Shown in pieces: positions 54,130 to 64,000 of a DNA stretch of 64,000 nt (position 1 is its first letter; each line of letters begins with the position of its first letter). The stretch comes from Octopus bimaculoides (lineage: Eukaryota). The stretch spans positions 16,127,505 through 16,191,504 of the forward strand of contig NC_068997.1 of NCBI RefSeq assembly GCF_001194135.2, given 5' to 3'. The notes under the pieces are model-generated. The model was not told the DNA's origin, ran no database searches, and saw nothing but the letters and a program-made list of their open reading frames with translations. Made by a program: the position numbers and the translations under genes.

Positions 54130-54782
54130 GGGTGTGTGTGTGTGTATTTTATATTACAAAATTACAACCTGCAAAGTGTTTCATCTAAAGAGGTTTGGAT
54201 TCCCAGAAACGGATCGAGTGTGTTTTTGCGATTTGCAGACACCTGAGCTTTATAGCTATGAAGACATGAACCACTATATGTTTATGTGTGTGTCTAGTGT
54301 AGGTATCCGTCCACGTACATTAAATTCTAAAATGCCATAATGACTTCCTTCATAATGTTTGTCATGATAATCATATCCCTACCTTCTCTCAATATATATT
54401 TTGACCCCTGCTTTTTAAATTACATGCTGCTATTTTGTCTGCATATCTGTATATTTGCTAGCCCCCCCCCCCCTTCATTACCCTGACGGTTTGCAAGATG
54501 AAACATGGCTACGTTCATCAGTGATTTACCATTTTCAGCTAAAATATAAAAATTATTTATCATCCCTACTTCATCATAACCTGGTATTCTTTTATTTCTG
54601 TTTTGTGGTTATTTGTTCTAATGAACAAATAGACTCTTAAGTGTATGTGCACGTATATATATGTGTGTGTGTGCACACGTATATATATATGTGTGTGTGT
54701 GTTTGTATATCCCAGTATATTGTTTAGAAATTCATAGCTGTTGTATGCTTTTTGATGGATTACTAAGAAGTATTTACAGAAT

Positions 54783-54845
<63 letters not shown>

Positions 54846-55362
54846 GTATGTGTGCCATTCTGTTTATTTATTTGTAGATACACATTTCAGTGTTTTTGAT
54901 ATACACGTATATATTTATTCATATATATATATACATGTATGTATGTTTTGTTATTTAAACAAGATGAGGATGAATACTTGTATGTGTGTATGTATGCATA
55001 CAAAAGCGTGTATGTGTGTATGCGTCTGTGAGTGAAATTTTATCTATCATATTTTACCGCGGGCTCATATTTTATTCCCACATTTTGCAAAGTACATACA
55101 CCCCATTGTTAGCACTGTATATATACATACATACATGCGTGTGTGTGTGTGTATGCTTATGTATATCTTGTTCTACTTGTTTTATATACATGACTACATT
55201 TTTATATATAAATCTACATCTGTATATGTGTTTATGGATATGTATCTATGTGTGAGTGTGTGTATGATGTGTGTATTTCTAAATGAATATATAGGCATAG
55301 TGCTTGTGTGTTTACACACACAAGCATATATAATTTTTTTTTTTTTTTTCCTCTTTCTTTAG

Positions 55363-55427
55363 TTGTTATGTCTTATAATGAACAGTACAATGCCAGGCCG
55401 TTTCTCCAGAGATTAATTAATAGCTAG
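55363..55427 (+). CDS. Candidate terminal coding exon (x)VMSYNEQYNARPFLQRLINS*
   Basis: Very strong acceptor (long T run, then CCTCTTTCTTTAG|), open to TAG at 55425-55427, AATAAA at about 55616 and 55630. The alternative phase-0 frame LLCLIMNSTMPGRFSRD* is also open. Confidence 0.35.
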
Positions 55428-55837
55428 TGAAGAATGTTTCAAATTCTATTCTGATCAACAAAATGTGCACTTATCTATAGAAACTTCCAGAAAAGCGTAT
55501 CATTCCAGCCTTTAATCATGGTAGTTCATCTTCAGAGCCATCAAACAATAACAGTTCACAGATTATTCATTCTCTGCGAAAAGAAAAAAAAAGAGAGAGA
55601 GAGAGAGAGAGATAAAATAAAAAAATAACAATAAATCAAAAGAAAGAAAGAAAGCAATATTGAAGAAAAAAAAGTACTGAAAAAGAAAAATGTTGGAGGG
55701 GGGGGACAAGAAAAGAAAGAATTTTTTGGAGTTTAATAAAAAGAATTAAAAAAGTAAGTAGAAAAATATAACACTGAAAGAGACAGGATATCTACTGCTA
55801 CTGCTACTGGTGTATGATGATGATGATGATTCTTAGT

Positions 55838-55985
55838 AATTTTGACACAAAGCCAGTAATTTTAGGGAGAGGGGTTTGTCAGTTACATTGACACCGTCCC
55901 ACCCCCAGTACTTAACTGGTACTATATCTTATCAATGTTATAAAGATGAAAGCTAAGATGATATTGTCAGGATTTGAATTCAGGA
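55838..55985 (-). mobile_element. Family A SINE, strongly decayed
   Basis: CCCCAGTACTTAACTGGTACT...AAGATGAAAG...GGATTTGAATTCAGGA. Confidence 0.7.
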
Positions 55986-56250
55986 TGTAAAGAGCTGTAG
56001 CTTGGCTCTGAAAGAAATTTTTATCTCATACTGTTATGATTCTGCAAATCAACCATCTGTCATCGTCATCGTATTAATAATTTTCGTCGTTTTAGTCGTA
56101 GTAGTAGAAATAACTTTCATTACTAATATTTTTGTAATAATATGTTCATAATTAAAATTATTATGACTGTTACATTGATACCAGGCCAAACACTTTCAAG
56201 AAAATATGTCTTTAGATGATTGATTTGTATCAATAATGATAATTATATCC

Positions 56251-56452
56251 ATCGCCTGACTGGCCTTCGTGCCGGTGGCATGTAAAAGCACCCACTACAC
56301 TCTCAGAGTGGTTGGCATTAGGAAGGGCATCCAGCTGTAGAAACTCGGCCAGATCAGATTGGAGCCTGGTTTCACCAGTTCTCAGTCAAATCGTCCAACC
56401 CATGCTAGCATGGAAAGCGGACGCTAAATGACGATGATGATGATGATGATGA
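56251..56452 (+). mobile_element. Family B SINE (RTE-like tail), long copy
   Basis: TGGCCTTCGTGCCGGTGGCATGTAAAAGCACCCACTACACTCTCAGAGTGGTTGGCATTAGGAAGGGCATCCAGCTGTAGAAACTC...CATGCTAGCATGGAAAGCGGACG then (GAT)n. Confidence 0.9.
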
Positions 56453-57365
56453 AACCTTGAGTTTTTGAAAAGCAAAACGAATCTAGATTCAGTATGGACT
56501 TGGAATTTAGAGTGACAATATTATACTAACACTCTACCAACACTGTGAATTATATTTTTTCTAGTGTTCCACCAATTAGGGCATCACAAAAACTACAGGA
56601 TGTCCACAAAGTCTGGGTACATGGGGATTAACACGTACTTTAAGAAATTATTATTTCTTATTTTTAATTGTTTATTGATTTTATTTACTCCATGTGCCCA
56701 GACTTTGTGGACACCCTGTAGTCATTTCTGATTAAGTTTTGATGCTGGAAAGTTTGATGTAGGGATATAAAAAGTTAAATTAGACCATGGAATGATGAAG
56801 AGAAAAGTCAATGGTTAGAGTATTTATTAGTAATAGTAGTAGTACCAAATTTCTGATAGTGAACCTGTTTTACTAACACAAGAGAGATAAAAAGGAAAAG
56901 TTTGTTTCTAGTAATTTGAAATCTGGAGCTTAACTTCCTCTGCTTTTTAAACATCCTTAAACATCATAATCTGTCTCTTTGTATTTGGATGGACATGCTT
57001 CTTTCGGCCAATGTTTAGTGCTGGTGATACTGGTTTTCAGCAGATGATAGAGAGATCTCCTTGCTATGGATTGGATGCCAACCTATTGCAGTTACACTCT
57101 CACATGGAAAGTGGGGAAGTTAGCACTGAAAGTTTTAGAAATCATATTTCTAATCAGTTTTTAGAGTATAGCCACTGTTTTCAGCTGGGGATATTACACT
57201 ACTACAGCACCTACTTACAAACATGTAGTCTTGGTTGGTCATCAGAGGGTTAAGTGTCTTGGTTACAAACATAAATGCAGTGTCAGTGACAGGATATGAA
57301 CAGCTGTCTTCTCAGATGTTTGTCTGGCACCCTATCAGCTCAGCCATTTGCACTCTGTACAGTTT

Positions 57366-57396
<31 letters not shown>

Positions 57397-57874
57397 AACA
57401 ACAACAACTACAACAATAGTAATAACAGGATAAAAATGAAATATAAGATATAGCTTAGACTTCAACAGGATAATAACAAAAGTATTCCGAAAAAATGTGG
57501 CCTTTTGGTAATTCATTATCTTCTTTCTTATTTCTCATCATTATTGTTGTTGTAGTTGTTCTCATTCCTGGTGTTATTGATGCAGATGATGATGATACTG
57601 GGGTGGGTTGGTCTGGGTAATGTTTTCCTTTGTTTGTTTTAGAGGTGGGAAACTGACCTTTTCTGAAAGGTCACATGTTAAGTTAAACTCCTCCTCTGCT
57701 AACCTCAAATCCCCCTCACCATCGCTTTTATATGGAATGGAATGATAGTGCCCAAGTCCATTCCAATCACATTCCCATTTTCTTTGGATTTGCTTTGCTT
57801 TTTTTTTTTTAGACTGATGTTTTTGTTATTTGCTACTGTTATTAACGCTAGCCTTTTTGTTGTTGTTGTTGTTG

Positions 57875-57913
<39 letters not shown>

Positions 57914-58571
57914 TGTAGAGGTTGACTTTTTTTGAGTTGATGTATGTGTAATATATTGTGTGTGATGTTATGTACGTTAGTTGAACTAGTTAGATAAAAC
58001 TAAGGATGAAAAGAGCAGAGGGGCAACAGACATGAAGATAAAGAGACAGGGAAAGAATGTGTTTTTGTGTAAGAGAGAGTAAAAAAAAAAAGGGGAGAGA
58101 GAGAGACTAACTAAAGCTGGAGAATAGAAAATCTATGTTATGTGATATCAGACTAGCACAAAACATCTTTCCACTGAGAGATAGATTGGATAAAAGGATA
58201 GAGAAAGACACTAGAACATAGACACATATAAAATATGTCTTCTACTATGTAAGCTAGCATTTATTCATACTTGTTTTGTATTTCAAGATCTAATAGACTT
58301 ATGAGACACTTTGTATGAATGCATGTTTGTGTATGTATGCATGTTTGAAATGTGTATGTACATGAACATAAGCATAGCTATACACCTGATGCAATTTACA
58401 GTGACTTAGGTAGATTATAGTGCATCTGAGAAGTCAAAAGCCTATCCCTTTGTACACAGATGTGTTCCAGACATACGTGTGCACATTCGCAGATGCATTT
58501 AAAGTGATAATTAACACTTTACATTTACATATACTTGCATATGTATGGACATTTGAATTCAGTTTTCTTAG

Positions 58572-58606
<35 letters not shown>

Positions 58607-59698
58607 CAACATGCTTTGCTAGCATGCATTCACTCACACACATATATGCACACACACACACATTTGACACATACATGACATACAAACAACCATTATTCCC
58701 TTCTACACACAGACATATGCGGATTCCCCTCCGTATATATCTGATCGTTTACAGCCCATCACACCGTATTACACACTCCGACAGAACATTAGTGTATATA
58801 TTTAATTCTGCACATACACACAAACATACATATGTACCTGCATACATACATACACATGCATAAACATATCTTCTTCCAGCGATGCACCAATATTTACACA
58901 CCGTCAACGTCTCTCACCCCTTACCTCTCCACCATTCTCCACATCACTTCTAAGTCCTCTCTCTCTCTTTCTCTCTCTTTCTCTCTCCCCTTACCTCACT
59001 GTCTTCCTTTATTCAGCATCCAAACTTTAATGCACAATTGATGAAGTCTTCAAGAAATGACACCTCTGACCTTTTGAACTTGCCCTTGATGTTTTCAGCT
59101 TGTGGATCTCCATCCATGATGTATCTTGTTCAACGAGATTAGATTAGCTGAAGGAATTCATTAGATGCATTGGGCAATAGCCATTCTCTTCCTGTACATT
59201 GCTCCCTATTGCTCCACCACCACCACCACCACCACCACCGACACCACCACCTCCATCATCACATCCACCAACACCATTCTCATGTTCCAATACCACTCCC
59301 ATTTTTCCATTCCTTTAGTTAAACAATCTCTAATCTACAAATTTCTTTCATTCAGAAGTTCTTCCTTTTTTTTTTTTTTTTAAATTTTATCTGTCTTCGC
59401 TGTTTGATTTATTTATTCTTTTGCTTTATATTCTATTCAGATATGTGTCTGAGTGTTTGTGTAAATACACACACACACACACACACACACGTGTGTGTGT
59501 ATTTATGTCTGTCTCTGTGTTTGTATGTATTAGCCAAATAGTCGAATGGATTAGGAATTGTGTGCTACAATCACATATGTGGCGCGTTCATATGCATGAC
59601 TTTTGTTGTGTCTCTAACCTAAGACACTTATTTCTACATTAAAGGAAAGGTAACTCTATTTGCCTGCGAAAAACAATGCAATTGTCAGAGAGTAACTG

Positions 59699-59786
<88 letters not shown>

Positions 59787-60027
59787 GTAACCTGAAGGAA
59801 CATCTTTGTGAATTTAAGATTAACAACTAGCATGTGTAATTTCATACTAAAAGACTTTGTTATGTTTTAAATATTCTACATATCTTCATGTATCCTCCAT
59901 TATATATATATATATATATATGTATGTGTATATATATGTACATATATGTATATGTATGGATGGATGTATACATATATATATGTAAAATACACATAGATTC
60001 ATATATATATAAAATATACATACATCC

Positions 60028-60059
<32 letters not shown>

Positions 60060-60128
60060 ATGTATGTATATGTATGTATATGTATGAATGTATGTATCTA
60101 TATATATGCATGTATATATGTATATATA

Positions 60129-60165
<37 letters not shown>

Positions 60166-60773
60166 TTGCCAATTAACAATACACAGGTAGAAAAGACAAA
60201 AGCAAAATGTGTGTGTGTGTGTGTGTGTGCATATACACATAACACAATACCAGTTAAGCAGTCAGTTCAGTTCAAAACAGGTAAAAATAATAAAAATGAA
60301 ATAGAAGAAAAATTATAAGTTAAATCTTGCTGTGCATTTTGGGTATTCAGTGGGGCAGTTGCTGGCTGGCCAGTAATCAGTTGGTCAGGCTGCATTCAGC
60401 ATAATAAGGCCATTTTGCCACTGTTGTGGTTGTTGCTGGTGCTGTGGTTGCTTTCCCACCTGCTAACTACTAATTGCATTGTAGCCACCTGTAGTTGTGT
60501 AGCTGGTTAGTTTGTAGCACATGGTTTGTTTACGCCTCCTCCTTCTCTCTTACTCGCTATAATCACACACACCTCTGCCGTGTGTGTATATTAATTTCTA
60601 TTTCAATAACTTTCAATATCTTAATACTAACACACAAACACAAATACACATGACACATCCTCAATCCGTCTAATAAGCAAAATCTGAGTTTCATCTTTTT
60701 TTTTCTTCTCTTGCTTGACTGTCCCATAACTTCTCTCCTTTCTCATTATCTCACTAAATATCAGTTTCTATGA

Positions 60774-60822
<49 letters not shown>

Positions 60823-61072
60823 TCACCATTCTCTTCAGTATGTTAGTCTTTCACAGACTACTTTTCAAGCTCCAGTTACATCATGGTTATTGATCTTCTT
60901 GCTTGTATGTTGTAAGTAGCAGAAATATGTCCCATCTGGGGCAGTTATGGAATACATGCTAACAGTCTTCACTCTCCTGCCCCTTCTTCTCTTCTTCCAT
61001 CACCTCTACCCGTGCCTCCTCTCATTCATCATCATCATCATCATGTGTGATTTGGAACTCTCTCCCATAAAG

Positions 61073-61107
<35 letters not shown>

Positions 61108-61148
61108 AATAAATCATTCTCTTTCACTCTCTCTTTCTATATATATAT

Positions 61149-61195
<47 letters not shown>

Positions 61196-61204
61196 TCTTC
61201 ATGA

Positions 61205-61365
61205 TCATCATCATTTAATATCCACCTTCCATGCTGGCATGGGTTGGATGGTTTGTCTGGAACCGGCCAGGCAGAAGCCTACACCAGACCTTCTGTGTCT
61301 GTTTTGGCAGGGATTTTACAACTGGATGCCCTTCCTAACACCAACCACCTGACAGAGTGGACTGT
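61205..61365 (-). mobile_element. Family B-related SINE copy
   Basis: TCATCATTTAATATCCACCTTCCATGCTGGCATGGGTTGGATGG...ACTGGATGCCCTTCCTAACACCAACCAC is the reverse complement of family B motifs. Confidence 0.8.
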
Positions 61366-61394
61366 ATATATATGAGAGAAAAACTAACAATCAG

Positions 61395-61745
61395 AATGGA
61401 TTGATGAATGTTAAGGTGGTTTGGCCACATGAAGAGATGAATGAGGAGCAGATGGTAAGGAGGGTGATGAAGGTAGAAGTGGTAGGCAGCAGAACCAGAG
61501 GCAGACCTCGGTTTGTGTGGATGGATGGAGTGAGGAAAGCTTTGGTGGTTAGAGGTGTTGGAGTGAGAGAGGCAAGAGAGTTTACAAAGGATAGGAAAGC
61601 TTGGAGAGTGTTTGTGGATGGATGATTGAATTGATGTTGCTCAAAGGGACATGATGCAGCGGGGGTAAACCAGCATATGCTGTTGGGGCCTGCTACTGAT
61701 ATCGGGGGTCGCATTCTATGCCTTGACCCAAGCATAGGATGGGGC
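61395..61745 (+). mobile_element. RTE-clade LINE 3' end (ORF2 C-terminus plus 3' UTR), 5'-truncated
   Basis: VWPHEEMNEEQMVRRVMKVEVVGSRTRGRPRFVWMDGVRKAL...DRKAWR fits the W(F)GH..RM....EV.G.R.RGRP..W.D.V pattern; open for 74 aa to the stop at 61625. Confidence 0.85.
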
Positions 61746-61857
61746 TTGCCTCTTTAAGCTGGAAAATGAATGGAATACCTGGTGTGTATCTTGTTGTGGC
61801 TACCCCCTCCTAAAGAAATGGAGAATAGGCCTAGGTATATAAAAAAATATATGTGTG

Positions 61858-61897
<40 letters not shown>

Positions 61898-62169
61898 TGT
61901 TTGTACTCCTCATATTGACATGCTTTGAGCTACTAGTACTCTATCCTCACATACATATATATACATACTTGTACAGACAGAGTGATGCACATGTTCAAAT
62001 GCAAAAACAAAAAAGCATTCTTTTGAACAGTTTTTGCCTGTTACATGTTGTCATGTATTTGTTGGTGGGTGGCTTGATATTTTCATAATTTTTTTTTAGT
62101 GGCTGATAAATGTCATATTAAAAAGAAAAAGAAAAGAGAGTAAAAAAAAGAAGAAAAAGGAAAACAAGA

Positions 62170-62494
62170 TATCAGTAATGTAGTGGAATCTGTTCAGCTC
62201 ATTGCTCCTCGTCTCTATCCAATTGGATTTGTGTATAATCACAGACAAGTCGTTATTAGGGTACCAGGTACAATGCTGTCATGTTGCAATGGCGTAGCCA
62301 TAAACTGTCATCAAGTGCATGTCAGGGACTTCAATTTTGATTCTTTGCTGAAAATTCCACTAGAAATCTCTGCCATGGATGATCTTGGGAGAGACATAAA
62401 TACAACAATCGTGCATCGTTTTGTTTCTTGCTGGCAGATTGCTATACTGGATGAATTAGTGGAAATGGTAGACGGAGCACCTGACAGTGTGTAA
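62170..62494. other. Coding-like block: decayed LINE APE endonuclease (minus) or uncharacterised ORF (plus, 62144-62494)
   Basis: Minus frame YSNLPARNKTMHDCCIYVSPKII...RIKIEVPDMHLMTVYG (3 stops) follows the APE pattern. The plus frame is stop-free for about 116 codons but has no good acceptor. Confidence 0.4.
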
Positions 62495-62519
62495 TTTTGT
62501 TCTTGTAACTTCCTCTCTC

Positions 62520-62660
62520 TAAGTTCAAATCATGGTAGGGCCAACTCTGCTTCTCATTTGATGAGGATCAATAAAATAAGTAAAAGGTGTGTCTTGACAT
62601 TAGTTCAATCAGCTATACCCTTCTACAAATTTGTGATCCTGGGACAGTATTAAAAAAATC
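62520..62660 (+). mobile_element. Family A SINE, strongly decayed
   Basis: CTAAGTTCAAATC...GGGCCAACTCTGCTTCTCAT...GGATCAATAAAATAAGTA. Confidence 0.6.
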
Positions 62661-63611
62661 ACTGTCAATGGTTACGAGATATCACTAACATTGTCCTCCT
62701 CCTCCTTCTTATCATCATCATCATCATCATCACTATCATCATTGTTGTATCTATCAGATATCTGCATTGGACGGTATTAATACTCTGCACAGGTGTTACT
62801 CTTCACGGCAGTGTTTTTTTTTTCTTTTCTTTATTTGAGTATTTTTGTTGTTGCTGTTGTTGTCCGTATTACTTAGTGTTGTCATCCTTGCTATTGCAGT
62901 TACGATTGTTTTCTGCCCTTACTCTATAATTTTCACTCAGCGGTGCAATGGCTGGTGGTGACGACGGATTGTTTACCCTTGTCATTATAGGCCTTTCCAC
63001 TTAGTTAAATTAACAAATTAACTGTGTTTGGTGAACATTAGGTTGCCCATAACTCGATTTAATGACGACAGTGACAAAAACAACAGCAAAAGCAGAAATA
63101 ACAATAACAAAACAACTTTACAAACGAGTAAAATGTTTTAACTAAAACAAGAAGAGATATAAAGAGGAAGATACAAGATTGTTACAGATGCACAAGTATA
63201 CAGTAGATATTTACATTTATACACGCTGACAATTAAGCACACCCACACACACATAGTAACACATAGATACAGAAAAGCCAGCCTAATTAAGCTAGATCAA
63301 CTCTAAAGACATTGATTTGTTATTGTGTCTTATAATCTCTTTTGAGTTGTCTGTGTTGTAATTTTCTCACTATTGTCCTTCTTAGAAGCTGTTTTGATTC
63401 AAGTATTCAGTAATTCCTCAGTTTTCGCATTTTTATTGTTAGCTTGCGTGTGTGTGTGTGTGTGTGTGTGTGTGATAATCAAATGTATACGACCATATAT
63501 ATATGTGTATATATTATATCTTGAAAAGTATTACAATTACTAATATGCGTTTTCATGTGTGCATATGTCTGTGTGCGCGTGTGTGTTTGTTTGTGTGTGT
63601 GTGTGTGCATA

Positions 63612-63730
63612 TTGATTCAAGTTATTGGACTGTGGTTGTGCTGAAACAACACCTCCATGGGTTGTTGTCCATCATATCAAACCCAGTTCTTATTTATCAA
63701 ATGGCTACGCTACCTTTTTGGACTGAACAA
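63612..63730 (+). mobile_element. Family F dispersed repeat fragment
   Basis: TTCAAGTTATTGGACTGTGGTTGTGCTGAAACAACACC...ATCAAACCCAG. Confidence 0.5.
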
Positions 63731-64000
63731 CAGTTTTTGTATATAACATTGAAGTCCATTGGTGTCTCTCTTCTTTACTAGGTATTTCATACCTAAACAG
63801 TGAATTTTGATGGGTAGCTGTTTTTCCACAACAATATTTATGTCTGATATAAATCTGAGAGGTGATTCAGCTGATATTTTTACCTGCACTGCTTTTCTTC
63901 TATTTTCTTTTTCTTTTTCTTTTTTATTCGTTTTTGTCTTTGCAGTTTTGATATTACCATTATTGTTTATTGGCTAATCTATACCTCTTTCCTCTTGCAA

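Larger units (their letters stand above)
1..64000. repeat. Window-wide dense simple repeats: (TA)n, (CA/TG)n, (GA/CT)n, (TCTA)n, (CATA)n, (ATC/CAT)n, (ATT)n, (ACC)n
   Basis: Directly visible, e.g. (TCTA)n 9766-9858 and 43600-43710, (ATT)n 12590-12680, (CA)n 59700-59784, (TA)n 31012-31088. Most assembly gaps begin or end in these tracts. Confidence 0.99.

Noticed and set aside
57011-57253. 80-aa ORF MFSAGDTGFQQMIERSPCYG...
   Set aside because: No recognisable motif, no convincing splice pair or start context; within chance length
1-64000. CRISPR-like repeat-spacer arrays, prokaryotic operons or defence systems
   Set aside because: No constant-length repeat with unique spacers, no gene-dense regions, and eukaryotic repeat architecture throughout

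Overview
This is eukaryotic, very AT-rich, microsatellite-saturated scaffold DNA with 17 N-gaps totalling about 5.1 kb. The repeat landscape is (TA)n/(CA)n/(TCTA)n/(ATC)n tracts, several SINE-like families and decayed RTE and Penelope-like retroelement pieces. It resembles a cephalopod (Octopus-like) genome, which is an inference and not a database match. Almost all ORFs in the supplied track are artefacts of dinucleotide repeats or N-gaps. I find no intact long gene, tRNA, rRNA, CRISPR array or prokaryotic system. Supportable features are at least six dispersed repeat families, a decayed RTE reverse-transcriptase fragment with an embedded Cys/His finger (52.6-53.6 kb), an RTE 3' end (61.4 kb) and several weak candidate exons. 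There is a sharp switch at about 27 kb from CpG-rich to CpG-depleted DNA, which suggests a promoter followed by a methylated gene body. The most unusual signal is a set of degenerate hammerhead-ribozyme core motifs (CTGANGA...GAAAC) of the kind carried by Penelope-like elements.
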